Source: Smithellaceae bacterium (lineage in GTDB: Bacteria; Desulfobacterota; Syntrophia; Syntrophales; Smithellaceae). Taken from it: a stretch of DNA of 64,000 nt. Within the stretch, counting starts at the first letter, position 1; each line of letters begins with the position of its first letter. The notes under the pieces were generated by a model. That model was not told where the DNA came from and did no database searches. It worked only from the letters and a program-made list of their open reading frames with translations. Position numbers and translations under genes: made by a program. The DNA is taken from assembly GCA_963667845.2 (NCBI GenBank), contig CAXXVL010000002.1:3360001-3424000 (forward strand), read 5' to 3'. Below are positions 40,372 through 50,730 of this stretch, one piece after another.

Positions 40372-41096
40372 CTCTTCCTGACCGGTATCGGCTGGACCCA
40401 TTTTTTGTTATCTCCGTCATAATACCATTTATCGATGAAGCCGCGGCGACGGATAAATGCGGGATTATCGGCCCAGCGCAGCAGATCTTTATAGGCTTCG
40501 TGAATCTTGCGAAATGTGGCCGCCTTGCCGCCTGCATCCGGGTGATGGATTTTAACCTGCCGCCGGTAGGCGTTTTTAATCATTTTAACAATCTCCCGGG
40601 AACCCAGATCCGCTTTGGCGATATCCAGCAGGATCAAATTTTCCGGTTTGACCGTGGGAACTCTGATCAACCGCGGGCGAGTCAGTCCTTCGGGGATAGC
40701 CAGTCTTTCAGCCAACCCCAGAACATGGCGCGAGGCCAGATAGTTTTTCGCCGTCCTCTTTTCCTCTTCCCACCAGGCATTGCCCAGTCGATTGGTCATT
40801 CCGCCGAAATCTTCCGCCGGCTTCACGCCCTGGGTCCGTAATGCCGAATAACGGAAAATCTCACGGACACCGTGAGGAACCACGTCCAGAATGATCAGCT
40901 TATCCGTGAAATAAAATGTCGCATAGCGGGTGTTCAGTGCCTGCAATAAACCGCTCCGCGTCGTAAGTTTCTGACGCAGGTGCTGCCGGCATTTGACGGA
41001 ACAGTAACGCCGCTTACCGATATTTTCCGTTGTGCCGCAGGAAAGACAAGCGTTTGGTTTTTGATGGCTGCCCGAAGATTTGCTTTTGACTAACAT
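40368..41096 (-). CDS. Zn-ribbon plus C-terminal J-domain protein
   Basis: CLSC..RYCSVKC; IKNAYRRQVKIHHPDAGG..FRKIHEAY. Confidence 0.8.
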   Translation of the reverse strand: MLVKSKSSGSHQKPNACLSCGTTENIGKRRYCSVKCRQHLRQKLTTRSGLLQALNTRYATFYFTDKLIILDVVPHGVREIFRYSALRTQGVKPAEDFGGMTNRLGNAWWEEEKRTAKNYLASRHVLGLAERLAIPEGLTRPRLIRVPTVKPENLILLDIAKADLGSREIVKMIKNAYRRQVKIHHPDAGGKAATFRKIHEAYKDLLRWADNPAFIRRRGFIDKWYYDGDNKKWVQPIPVRKS

Positions 41097-41160
41097 GGTG
41101 TGATGCAAAACAGCCGGTCGATATGCGCAAACCGGCTGCCTCGCCCGTCCTCCGAACGTG

Positions 41161-41772
41161 TTACTTCGCGGTCAGATAACCTTTGGCCAGCGCTTTATTT
41201 ACATGCAGCACGCCCTTATTCATATCCTTCATCGGATAGTCGGCGGTGATAACGGGCAGTGCGTCGGCCTCGGCCTGCGTTTTGACAACCGATCCCACCG
41301 GCACGTAGCGTCCATCGGCGACTTTGACACCCATTAAAATAACGCCCGGCTCGATGACACAATTCTTTCCGACGAAAGACTTGAAGACCAGCACTTTCAT
41401 TCCGACAAACGTATCATCCATCACGACAGCCGGACCATGAATCTGCACCTGATGCGCGAGCGATACGCGGTTTCCCACGTAAACCGCGTATTTCCTGCCG
41501 TCAACGTCCATCAGGTTCTTCTCCACGGGCTTGCCGTCCAGTTCCGTTTCCAGCGCGTGGATCACGACCCCGTCCTGGACATTGGTATCGTTGCCGACAT
41601 AAAGCGGCTGTCCTTCATCGCCGCGCACCGACGCCGCAGGCGCAACCATCACATTGTTTCCCAAAATCACGTTCCCGATCACCGCCGCGAGCGGATGAAC
41701 AAATGTCCCCGCTCCGATCACCGGTTCGGATACCTTCGCACTGAAATCGGTTTTGACGTTCTTTTCGATCAT
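41161..41772 (-). CDS. Gamma-class carbonic anhydrase, Cam-type
   Basis: Hexapeptide repeats; VRGDEG, NVQDGVVIHALE, LAHQVQIHGP, C-terminal HVN. Confidence 0.9.
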   Translation of the reverse strand: MIEKNVKTDFSAKVSEPVIGAGTFVHPLAAVIGNVILGNNVMVAPAASVRGDEGQPLYVGNDTNVQDGVVIHALETELDGKPVEKNLMDVDGRKYAVYVGNRVSLAHQVQIHGPAVVMDDTFVGMKVLVFKSFVGKNCVIEPGVILMGVKVADGRYVPVGSVVKTQAEADALPVITADYPMKDMNKGVLHVNKALAKGYLTAK

Positions 41773-41823
41773 TTCCTTACCTCCGATCCTTATGATGTCC
41801 TATATCGCTTAATCCTTCGAGAT

Positions 41824-42441
41824 TCAACTTTCCCTCGTTCTTTCCCTATCCAGTAAACCCCGCCACACGTCAGCCACCTTTGCTTCCGTTTCCCGAACGG
41901 CACATTGATTGTCGATAACAATGTCCGCGAGAGTTATCTTATCACGAATCGGCATCTGGCTTAATAACCTCAGCTCGGCTTCTGCGCGGCTAATCGCATT
42001 GCGGGCGATCAGGCGGCTAATCTGCTCCGCAGGCGCAACCATCACCAGGATCGTCAGATCAAAAAGATGCTGCATCCCGCCTTCAAACAACAAGGGAACA
42101 TCCGCAAAGATGATCGCGTGGGGATTTTGCGTTTTAGTTTCTTCCAGGCGGCGGCACCATTCCTCGAAGATGCGCGGATGGACGATGGTATTGAGTCGTT
42201 TAAGTTTTTCCGGCTGGTTGAAAACAATCGCCGCCAGTTTATTGCGGTCGATGCTTTTATCGGCCTGCAATATCTCTGCGCCGAAGAAGTCGACGACGTC
42301 ACACCAGGCGGGCTTTCCCGGCTCCTGAACTTCGTGAGCCAGTTTGTCAAAATCAATCAAATGACCGCCGAGGCGTACAAACATTTGCGCCACGGTCGAT
42401 TTTCCGCAGGCGATACCGCCTGTTAAGCCGACATTCAACAT
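41824..42441 (-). CDS. coaE: Dephospho-CoA kinase
   Basis: VGLTGGIACGKSTV, IVHPRI, DVPLLFE, SQMP, VIDN. Confidence 0.96.
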   Translation of the reverse strand: MLNVGLTGGIACGKSTVAQMFVRLGGHLIDFDKLAHEVQEPGKPAWCDVVDFFGAEILQADKSIDRNKLAAIVFNQPEKLKRLNTIVHPRIFEEWCRRLEETKTQNPHAIIFADVPLLFEGGMQHLFDLTILVMVAPAEQISRLIARNAISRAEAELRLLSQMPIRDKITLADIVIDNQCAVRETEAKVADVWRGLLDRERTRES

Positions 42442-42444
42442 GAT

Positions 42445-43221
42445 TTATTTCTTATTGAGATCATAAATGATCCGGAGACCATCCAACGTCAACATCTCTT
42501 CAATTTTTTCAATGGTTTTCGTTTCCGGTGCAACAATCCGGGCCAACCCTCCCGTGGCGATGACCAGCGGATTGGTTTTGACTTCCGCCTTCATCCGCGT
42601 GACGATGCCGTCTACCAGACCGGCATAGCCGAACATGATGCCCGCCTGAATGGCGCTGACCGTGTCTTTGGTGATCACCGTTTTAGGTTTGCTGAATTCG
42701 ACGCGCGGCAGCTTGGAGGCTCTTTCAAAAAGGGCTTCACTGGAAATCACGATGCCGGGTGCAATGCAGCCGCCCATGTATTCACCTTTGGGCGAAACGT
42801 AGTCAAAGGTGGTTGCCGTACCGAAATCCACGATGATGGATTCCCGGCGGTACTTGCTGAAAGCCGCTACCGCATTGACGATGCGGTCGGCTCCCACTTC
42901 TTTCGGATTATCATAAAAGATCGGCATGCCCGTCTTGATTCCGGGGCCGACGATCATCGGCTTAATGTTAAAATATTTGATGCAGAGGGGCTCCAGGATG
43001 TTCAGCATCGGCGGCACCACGCAGGAAATAATAATATCCGTAACGGCTTTCATTTCCTTGGCCTTCATGCGGCTGGACTGATAAAGATTATAGATGAGGA
43101 CGCCGTATTCATCAATCGTATGGTCGATCTCCGTCCGGATGCGCCAATCGTGGAGCAGCTGATCCTCATCAAAAAGCCCCAGCACCGTGTTTGTGTTGCC
43201 GACATCAATAACCAGCAGCAT
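42445..43221 (-). CDS. coaX: Type III pantothenate kinase
   Basis: [37 protein letters not shown]. Confidence 0.96.
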   Translation of the reverse strand: MLLVIDVGNTNTVLGLFDEDQLLHDWRIRTEIDHTIDEYGVLIYNLYQSSRMKAKEMKAVTDIIISCVVPPMLNILEPLCIKYFNIKPMIVGPGIKTGMPIFYDNPKEVGADRIVNAVAAFSKYRRESIIVDFGTATTFDYVSPKGEYMGGCIAPGIVISSEALFERASKLPRVEFSKPKTVITKDTVSAIQAGIMFGYAGLVDGIVTRMKAEVKTNPLVIATGGLARIVAPETKTIEKIEEMLTLDGLRIIYDLNKK

Positions 43222-43227
43222 AGTTAA

Positions 43228-44019
43228 TCACCTCTTTAAAATTGTTGCATCTCCGGCGGAGACTCTTATGGTCTTACGTCCGGCTGTCCGAAGGATTAAT
43301 GAACCGTCGTCGTCGATTCCCGCGGCCTCGCCGTTTACGGTTTCCTCTCCGTAGCGGACCGAAACCGGCCCTCCGATCATCGGCGCCAGGCTAAGCCATT
43401 TCTTCCTGACCGCGCCAAACCCCTCTTGAGCCAGCTCTCTATACCATTTTGCCGTATTTTCATACAATCGAATTATGACATCCAGGCGCGATATTTCCAA
43501 GCCCGTTTCGATCGCCAAGGACGTGGCAATTTCCCGGATATCGGACGGAAATGCTTCGCGGTTCAGGTTAACATTGATACCGATTCCCACAACCACAAAA
43601 TCAATCGCCGCACCCGCCATTTTCATCTGCGCGAGAATGCCGCAAACCTTTTTCCTGTTGATCAGAACGTCATTGGGCCACTTCAGCTGCACGCGGTCAG
43701 GACAGTAACCGCAAAGGGTTTCCGCCGCCGCAACGCCGGCGGCAATGGAAATCTGCGGTGCACGCGCCGCCGCGAATTCCGGCCTCAGGATAATGGATGT
43801 GTAAATATTCGCGCCCGCGGGCGAGTGCCACACGCGCTGCATACGCCCCTTGCCGGCCCGCTGCATGTCGGCAACAAGCACCGTCCCCTCCGGCGCGCCC
43901 GCCGTCCCCAGACGAAAGGCTTCGTCATTGGTTGAATCCGTTGTCTCGTAATAGTGCAGCTCGCGGCCGATGAACCTGCCGGCAAGGTGTTCTTCCAGTG
44001 CTCTCTGGTTAAGGTTCAT
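43228..44019 (-). CDS. birA: Biotin--protein ligase (no N-terminal HTH)
   Basis: TDSTN, QRAGKGRMQRVW, KWPND, KVCGIL, GIGINV. Confidence 0.95.
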   Translation of the reverse strand: MNLNQRALEEHLAGRFIGRELHYYETTDSTNDEAFRLGTAGAPEGTVLVADMQRAGKGRMQRVWHSPAGANIYTSIILRPEFAAARAPQISIAAGVAAAETLCGYCPDRVQLKWPNDVLINRKKVCGILAQMKMAGAAIDFVVVGIGINVNLNREAFPSDIREIATSLAIETGLEISRLDVIIRLYENTAKWYRELAQEGFGAVRKKWLSLAPMIGGPVSVRYGEETVNGEAAGIDDDGSLILRTAGRKTIRVSAGDATILKR

Positions 44020-44025
44020 CTGAGC

Positions 44026-45471
44026 TCATTGGGCGATATCAACTATTTTCTTCGCCCACTTCTTTTTCTGCTCGAGGTTGCCCAGTCGTCCGTACATCAC
44101 TTTCTGCGACTGGGGGGAGCCGGCTCCGTGCATCGATTCGGCCAGCGCCGTGCCTCCGCTCATATTTTCAATCAGCCGCAGGATTTTGATCCGGTCTTCG
44201 GTTTTAATCCCCTGGACCCCCATGAGAAATTTCTTCACGTAGCGCCCGACCTCGCTGCTTTCCAGATCCGCCTGAAACGGCATGGTCGCGATAATGCCGC
44301 CGGCGATATCATGCGCCAGGCGGGCGATTTCATAAATATGGCGTGTGACGTTGTGCTTCGTCGTATTCGCGAGCAGCGGATCGGGATAATAGGCTCCGGA
44401 GGAGGTCTTTCGTCCCATGGCTGAACAGGCGACGGAACCGCAGAAGATCGTCTCGGCCAGATGGATCATTTCGGCAAGTTTTTCCTTGACGTGCGACGCG
44501 GAGGCCGTACCCTGATATTCCGCAGCCAGCGCCGTGGCGCCGATCAACACATCAGACACGCCGCCTTTGCATCCGCCGTAATTCTGACGGTGCAGCGTCG
44601 CAAACCGCTCCACAAACAACCCGCACATATCATACTCACCGCAGAGAAAGACGCGCTCCCAGGGAACAAAGACGTTTTCAAAGACAATCAACGCCTCACC
44701 ACCGACCAGGCCAAAGCGCGGATTGCCGGAATCGATGCCGCATTCCAGCTTGCGCTCCTCGTTGGTCTGGCGTCCGAAGATCAACGTGACGCCCGGCGAA
44801 TCGAGCGGGAAAGCACAGGAGAGCGCATAATCCTTGTCCTCTTCTTTCATTGCCTGCGTGGGCATGATCAGAATTTCATGAGAATTGACGGCTCCGGTCA
44901 TGTGGGCCTTGGCCCCGCGAATCACAATGCCGTCCGCGCGTTTCTCAACGATGTGCGTGAAGAGATCCGGATCATGCTGTTTGGATGGGGACAAAGAGCG
45001 ATCGCCCTTCGGGTCCGTCATCCCTCCCACCAGCATGATATTGTCTTCCTGAATATGCGTCAGATACTTTTTGAAGCGTTCAAAATAGTCCGTCTTATAT
45101 TTCTGATCGATGTCGTAGGTCGTCATATAAGCGGCGTTGAGCGCGTCAAATCCGACGCAGCGCTGAAAACACGAACCGGTTTCATGGGCAATAAGCCTCA
45201 GCATCTGAATCTTTCTGAGCAGATCATCGACGCTCTGATGAATATGCGTAAACCGGTTGATTTTTTTCCCGGTCAGATGCGACGTTGCGGTCATTAAATC
45301 TTCATGTTCCGGCCTGAGCGCCAGTTCATAGGTAAGCGCCGCCGAATTGATGTGCGGCTGCAAGGCCGGGTGCGCCGTTACATCTTCGACCCGCTTCCCG
45401 TTATAATACACAACGTGATGAAGGTCCTGGAGGCTTTTAATGTAATCTTCCTTCGTAACAATTCGTTTCAT
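44026..45471 (-). CDS. abfD: 4-hydroxybutyryl-CoA dehydratase / vinylacetyl-CoA isomerase (AbfD-like)
   Basis: HpaB/AbfD family; CFQRCVG and HRQNYGGC give the three Cys plus His [4Fe-4S] ligands; MTDPKGDRS, GAKAHMTG, ESMHGAGS. Confidence 0.88.
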   Translation of the reverse strand: MKRIVTKEDYIKSLQDLHHVVYYNGKRVEDVTAHPALQPHINSAALTYELALRPEHEDLMTATSHLTGKKINRFTHIHQSVDDLLRKIQMLRLIAHETGSCFQRCVGFDALNAAYMTTYDIDQKYKTDYFERFKKYLTHIQEDNIMLVGGMTDPKGDRSLSPSKQHDPDLFTHIVEKRADGIVIRGAKAHMTGAVNSHEILIMPTQAMKEEDKDYALSCAFPLDSPGVTLIFGRQTNEERKLECGIDSGNPRFGLVGGEALIVFENVFVPWERVFLCGEYDMCGLFVERFATLHRQNYGGCKGGVSDVLIGATALAAEYQGTASASHVKEKLAEMIHLAETIFCGSVACSAMGRKTSSGAYYPDPLLANTTKHNVTRHIYEIARLAHDIAGGIIATMPFQADLESSEVGRYVKKFLMGVQGIKTEDRIKILRLIENMSGGTALAESMHGAGSPQSQKVMYGRLGNLEQKKKWAKKIVDIAQ

Positions 45472-45598
45472 GACTTTCTCCTTGATTCTTTCGGTTGCTC
45501 CTTACCGGATACAAAACCGTCGTCGTTTCCGTCTGCCGGAAATATTTTCAATAATTAAATACATTCGGGATCAGCAAGACACTCAGGTTCCCCATGTC

Positions 45599-46438
45599 TT
45601 ACCGATCGCCCTTTACTCTGAGGGATATATCGGCAGCCCGGACGGAGTGGGTCAGTTCGCCCACGGAAATAAAATCGACGCCCGTCGCGGCGATATCCGC
45701 TACCCGCTCAAGATTAACATTGCCCGATGCCTCGGTGAGTGCGCGCCCGGCAATGAAATCAACGGCTTTTTTCATCGCGTCATTGGTCATATTGTCCAGC
45801 ATGATCATATCGACGCCGCATTTCAGGGCTTCTTTCACTTCCCGCAGATTTTTGGTTTCCACTTCGATTTTCAGATTTTGCTGCAGATGCTTTCGTTGCG
45901 CCCGAACCGCCGCCGTGATGCCTCCCGCCGCCTCGATGTGGTTGTCCTTGATGAGAACGCCATCATAGAGCCCCATGCGGTGATTGGTTCCGCCGCCCAG
46001 GCGGACGGCCATCTTGTCCAGAATGCGCAGCCCCGGAACGGTTTTGCGCGTATCCAGAATTTTCGTTTTTGTCCCTCGGACAACTTCGACATATTTCGCT
46101 GTCAGCGAGGCGATACCGCACATCCGCTGAAACAGATTGAGCGCCACCCGTTCGGCCTGCAAAATACCGGAGAGGTGGCCTTCGACTTCGGCAATCACCG
46201 CACCCCGTTTAGCGACCCGTCCGTCGGCGATCATTTTCTGCACCTTGATGCTTTTATCAACGCACTTAAACACCGCCTCAAACACATCGATGCCGGCAAC
46301 GACAAAATCGTCCTTCGCAACGGCACGCGCCCGGCCCTTCTGCTTCAGACCGACTGTGGCCTGCGTCGTGATGTCACCCGGGCCGATATCTTCAGCCAGC
46401 GCGGCTTTGATAATGTTTTGAATTTGTACAGCTACCAT
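45599..46438 (-). CDS. nadC: Nicotinate-nucleotide pyrophosphorylase (carboxylating)
   Basis: ALAEDIGPGDITT, ERVALN, DTRKTVPG, HRMGLYD, KDNH, MLDNM, EASG. Confidence 0.97.
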   Translation of the reverse strand: MVAVQIQNIIKAALAEDIGPGDITTQATVGLKQKGRARAVAKDDFVVAGIDVFEAVFKCVDKSIKVQKMIADGRVAKRGAVIAEVEGHLSGILQAERVALNLFQRMCGIASLTAKYVEVVRGTKTKILDTRKTVPGLRILDKMAVRLGGGTNHRMGLYDGVLIKDNHIEAAGGITAAVRAQRKHLQQNLKIEVETKNLREVKEALKCGVDMIMLDNMTNDAMKKAVDFIAGRALTEASGNVNLERVADIAATGVDFISVGELTHSVRAADISLRVKGDR

Positions 46439-46562
46439 TTCCTGTTTTGTGATCCTCCCTTTGATCATCATCTCCGGCCGCAGGGTACGGTCTCGGACTA
46501 TCCCCGCATTCCTTCAGCTTGCGAAGATTGCTTTAGCATAAGCGGCTTCGATGCCGGCAAAA

Positions 46563-49238
46563 TTATTTCTGCGCGCTTTTCACGCTGGCAATCTCTTTCA
46601 GCTTTTTCAACGCGCTCTCGAGCGCCGTGAATTTTTCCTGGAAATTCTTTAATTTGTCTTCTTCCTTGGCAATGATTTCCGGCGCGGCTTTTTCCAGAAA
46701 ATCATGGTTGGTCAGTTTTCGCGAACTTTGCTCCAGATCCTTCGCTAATTTCGCCAGCTCCTTTTCCAGGCGCACTTTTTCGCCGGCAATATCGACCACG
46801 CCGGCCAGCGGCACGAATATTTTTGTCGCGCCGACAACACCGGTTGCCACACCCTTCGGCTCAACCAGATTCACTTCCACCGTCAGGGATTCGAGATTGG
46901 ACAGATTCAGAACATAATTGCCGCCCACTTCAACGGCCTTTTTAGCCTGCTCATCGGCAACGGAAATTAAAACCGTCAATTTGTGCGAGGGCGGAATCCT
47001 CATTTCACCGCGGATATTGCGGATGGACGTTATGATCTCCATAAGCATTTCCATTTCCTTTTGGGCAGCCTGATCGTTCCATGCCTCTTTGAATTCCGGA
47101 AATTTGCTGACCATGATGGAGTTTTCATCGCTGTTATGAAGCGCCTGCCAGAGTTCTTCGGTCACAAACGGCATGAAGGGATGGAGCAGCTGCAGCATGG
47201 CGCCGAACACTTCTTTCATCGTCCGCTGGGTCGCTTGTTTCTGCTCGGGGCTCAGCTTGCCGTAGAGCGCGGGTTTACTGATTTCCAGGTACCAGTCACA
47301 GTATTCGTGCCAGATGAAATTATAAACGGCGGCGGAAGCATCATTAAACCGGTATTCATCAAGACTGCGGATAACATCCGCGACTGTTTCATTTAATTTC
47401 GCCTTGATCCATTTTTCCGGCAGCGAATCGGGAGCGACAAGCGCTGCGCTTTCATCATAATCACTCAGATTGGAAAGGGTGAGTTTTGCCGCGTTCCAGA
47501 TCTTATTGACGAAAAATTTATAGCCTTCAATGCGCTCCGGCGACATGCGGACATCACGCCCCTGGGCGGTGTAAGCCGCCAATGTAAATCGAAATGCATC
47601 CGTGCCGTACTGATCGATCATCACAAGCGGATCAATGCTGTTGCCTTTGGACTTGCTCATCTTTTCGCCCTTTTCATCGCGGACGAGCGCATGGAGATAA
47701 ACATCTTTAAAGGGCACGTCTTTCATGACGTACAAGCCCATCATCATCATGCGGGCCACCCAGAAAAAGAGAATGTCGAATCCGGTAATCAGAAGCGACG
47801 TCGGGTAGAAGGTTTTGAGCGCTTTGGTTCTCCGGGGCCAGCCCAGCGTGGTAAACGGCCAGAGCGCCGAGCTGAACCAGGTATCGAGGACGTCTTCATC
47901 CTGCTTGAGTGAAGAGCCGTCACAGGCGGGACACTTGTCCGGATCAACCGTGGAAACGATCACTTTGCCGCAGTCGCCGCAATACCAGACCGGAATGCGG
48001 TGCCCCCACCACAACTGCCGGGAGATGCACCAGTCGCGGATGTTATTCATCCAGTCAAAATACGTAGCCTCCCAGGATGCGGGAATGATCTTTGTCTTCT
48101 TCTTGATCACAGCGGCAATGGCCTGTTTGGCCAGCGGCTTAATTTTTACGAACCACTGCTTGGACACCATCGGTTCGATGTCCGTTTTACAGCGGTAACA
48201 CTGGCCGACATTGTGCGCATAGGGTTCCGTACCCACCATGTATCCGCCCTTTTCCAGATCCGCGACAACATTCCGGCGCGCTTCATAACGGTCCTGTCCT
48301 TTGTAAGGGCCGCCGTGTTCGTTGATGATGCCGTGCCCGTCCATGATGGAAATAATTTCCAGGTTATGGCGCTGGGCCATGGCAAAATCGTTGGGGTCGG
48401 AACCGGGCGTGATCTTCACCGCACCCGAACCGAAATCCATCGTGACATAGTCATCGGCGATGATCGGAATCTGCTTATTCATAAGCGGCAAAATGACGAA
48501 CTTGCCGACTTTATCCGTGTAGCGCGGATCGGCCGGGTTGACGGCTACGGCCGTATCTCCGAGCATCGTTTCCGGCCTCGTCGTGGCCACCACAATATCC
48601 CCGCTGCCGTCGGCCAGCGGATAACGGATATTCCACAGGAAGCTTTGATCCTGCTTGAATTCGACTTCCAGATCGGAAATGGCGGTATGACAGCGCGGGC
48701 ACCAGTTAACGATGTAATCCCCCTGGTAAATCATGCCTTCGTTATACAATCGGACAAAGACTTCCCTGACCGCCTGGGAAAGACCTTCGTCCATGGTGAA
48801 ACGTTCACGGTCCCAATCGCAGGAGCACCCCAGGCGCTTCAACTGATTGATAATTACGCCGCCGTATTTTTCCTTCCATTCCCAGACGCGGGCAATGAAT
48901 TTCTCGCGTCCCAGGTCATGACGCGACAGCCCTTCTTTCCTCAATTGCTGCTCCACAACATTCTGGGTCGCGATGCCCGCGTGGTCCATGCCCGGCATCC
49001 AGAGCGTATTATATCCCTGCATCCTTTTGAAGCGGATGATGATATCCTGCAGCGTGTTGTTGAGCGCATGCCCCATATGCAGCATCCCGGTGACGTTCGG
49101 CGGCGGGATGACGATGGAAAAAGCCGGGGCATCACTTTCATCCTTGGCGTGAAAGTATTTATTTTTCAGCCAGTAATCATACAATCTTCCTTCGGCCTGG
49201 GCCGGTTCAAATGCCTTGCCTAACTCTTTTGTTACCAT
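46563..49238 (-). CDS. valS: Valine--tRNA ligase
   Basis: PPPNVTGMLHMGHA, ATTRPET, DWCISRQLWWGH, DTWFSS, KMSKS, C-terminal coiled coil. Confidence 0.98.
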   Translation of the reverse strand: MVTKELGKAFEPAQAEGRLYDYWLKNKYFHAKDESDAPAFSIVIPPPNVTGMLHMGHALNNTLQDIIIRFKRMQGYNTLWMPGMDHAGIATQNVVEQQLRKEGLSRHDLGREKFIARVWEWKEKYGGVIINQLKRLGCSCDWDRERFTMDEGLSQAVREVFVRLYNEGMIYQGDYIVNWCPRCHTAISDLEVEFKQDQSFLWNIRYPLADGSGDIVVATTRPETMLGDTAVAVNPADPRYTDKVGKFVILPLMNKQIPIIADDYVTMDFGSGAVKITPGSDPNDFAMAQRHNLEIISIMDGHGIINEHGGPYKGQDRYEARRNVVADLEKGGYMVGTEPYAHNVGQCYRCKTDIEPMVSKQWFVKIKPLAKQAIAAVIKKKTKIIPASWEATYFDWMNNIRDWCISRQLWWGHRIPVWYCGDCGKVIVSTVDPDKCPACDGSSLKQDEDVLDTWFSSALWPFTTLGWPRRTKALKTFYPTSLLITGFDILFFWVARMMMMGLYVMKDVPFKDVYLHALVRDEKGEKMSKSKGNSIDPLVMIDQYGTDAFRFTLAAYTAQGRDVRMSPERIEGYKFFVNKIWNAAKLTLSNLSDYDESAALVAPDSLPEKWIKAKLNETVADVIRSLDEYRFNDASAAVYNFIWHEYCDWYLEISKPALYGKLSPEQKQATQRTMKEVFGAMLQLLHPFMPFVTEELWQALHNSDENSIMVSKFPEFKEAWNDQAAQKEMEMLMEIITSIRNIRGEMRIPPSHKLTVLISVADEQAKKAVEVGGNYVLNLSNLESLTVEVNLVEPKGVATGVVGATKIFVPLAGVVDIAGEKVRLEKELAKLAKDLEQSSRKLTNHDFLEKAAPEIIAKEEDKLKNFQEKFTALESALKKLKEIASVKSAQK

Positions 49239-49325
49239 GAAATATTTCTCTCCCATCTATCTATCAATACTCGAAAAGGGCTTGCGCCCTTTCTGACTTC
49301 TTGGATGATCGTCTCCCGGTGTGCT

Positions 49326-49360
49326 TAAAATTGAAGGCGGGACAAAGAGATGTCCCGCCT
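49326..49360 (-). terminator. Probable terminator of the TPR-SLH gene
   Basis: AGGCGGGACA/TGTCCCGCCT perfect 10-bp stem with an imperfect U-tract. Confidence 0.6.
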
Positions 49361-49385
49361 CACGATTCATTTTGCAAACCGCAAT

Positions 49386-50558
49386 TCAGTTAAAATTCAA
49401 TTTGTCCTTAAGCATCCGGATCGTCAATAGGGCGTCCACGCCCGCCACGGATTTATTCGGCGCGAATTCTCCGGTAGTAATGTCTTTGGTCTCCATGAGA
49501 CCGCGCGTTGTCACGACCATGACCGCATTGAAATAAGGCAATGAATTATTCATATCGGAAAACGGCGATCTCGAACCGATAAACCTTGTTGCGATGGAAT
49601 CATCACCCGTCACTCTCAGCAAAATATCTTCCAGCATCATGGCGTAGGCGGCACGGGTGACGATCTCGCCCGGATGAAAATTGCCGTCGGGATAATTTTC
49701 CAGACCCCGCAGACCGATTTCGAGAATTCCTTCGATATCCGCCCGCAGCGGATGATCGGCAATATCTTTTGCCGTCGTGACGACGATCTTCGCCTGATTG
49801 CCGGCCTTTTCCGGATCTTTAAAAGAGGTATCGAATTTCTTCGGCGTTCTCTTTTTATAAAGAACATCAATTTTCAATTCTTCCATAAACAGCGCCGCGG
49901 CGTCCGCGCGGGTAATCCGCTCCACCAGCGCAATCTGTTTTCCCGTCACTGAACCGGGCATCGCCCGCTGAACCTTCTGGATAAAGTTCCATTCATTGTC
50001 TGCTTTCGATACATAATCCGTTTTCAGTTCCAAAACCCTGGTAAACATCAGGCCCGCGGCATTGAAATCGCAAGCCTGTTTGTAAGCAAGACCCATGAAA
50101 TAATAAGCGGCAGAATGCTTCGGGTCGAGTTTCACCGCCGCATCAAATTCATCCTTGCAGATAGCCAGCCATTTCTTTTCCAGTTTACTTTGCGTCTGGT
50201 AGCGGATCATACTGACATGGCCAAACAGCATTTCTTCATCCGCTTTGGCGTATTTAGTCCCCTGCTCCAGATTCTCCAGAGCACCCTTAAAATCAGCGGT
50301 ATAGGTTTTGACCAATCCAAGGCCGGTGAAGGCCCTGGAATATTTTCCATCCAATTGCAACGCGAGTTCGAACTCCCTCTGGGCATCGGCATACTTCTCC
50401 TGGTCCAGAAGCCTCATCCCGGTGAAAACATGGTGCTCAGGCGTATCCAACTGGCTGACCGAAACGCGGGGTACCTGTCCGCAACCGGCAATCAATAAAA
50501 TACCCATTATGAAGACGACAAGAAGAAGAATTTTATTTCTTCGCTGAGAATAAAACAT
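49386..50558 (-). CDS. Lipoprotein with TPR repeats and S-layer homology (SLH)-like motifs
   Basis: Lipobox LIAGC; TPR patterns (ALQLDGKYSRAFTGLG, AVKLDPKHSAAYYFMG); SLH-like ITRADAA, PDGNFHPGEIVTRA, FSD..GEFAP. Confidence 0.8.
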   Translation of the reverse strand: MFYSQRRNKILLLVVFIMGILLIAGCGQVPRVSVSQLDTPEHHVFTGMRLLDQEKYADAQREFELALQLDGKYSRAFTGLGLVKTYTADFKGALENLEQGTKYAKADEEMLFGHVSMIRYQTQSKLEKKWLAICKDEFDAAVKLDPKHSAAYYFMGLAYKQACDFNAAGLMFTRVLELKTDYVSKADNEWNFIQKVQRAMPGSVTGKQIALVERITRADAAALFMEELKIDVLYKKRTPKKFDTSFKDPEKAGNQAKIVVTTAKDIADHPLRADIEGILEIGLRGLENYPDGNFHPGEIVTRAAYAMMLEDILLRVTGDDSIATRFIGSRSPFSDMNNSLPYFNAVMVVTTRGLMETKDITTGEFAPNKSVAGVDALLTIRMLKDKLNFN

Positions 50559-50730
50559 ATGCTGCTCCTTTCTTTTTTCTAAAAGGTGTGCATCCTTAAT
50601 TTTCTAATCGATTATCGGTTAAAAATGCATTTCTTAACTAGCTTTAGTGCCCCTTTAAGTCAAGTCAATATTGCTGCACAGCAACCGGGTCGGGCGCGTA
50701 TTTTGCCGATTTGTCAAGCCTTTTGAAAGA

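Noticed and set aside
45470..46630. 386-aa plus-strand ORF spanning nadC
   Set aside because: Antisense shadow of a clear nadC, with no protein motifs. The same applies to 14165-15127, 25824-27164, 44461-45297 and 60424-61509.
49273..49293. A shared attenuation system for all three aminoacyl-tRNA synthetase genes (hairpin plus U-run before argS, valS and ileS)
   Set aside because: No shared sequence. The argS hairpin is explained by the upstream operon, mutL shows the same layout, and the valS hairpin (GGGC-GCAA-GCCC-U4) is weak. Only the ileS case was kept.
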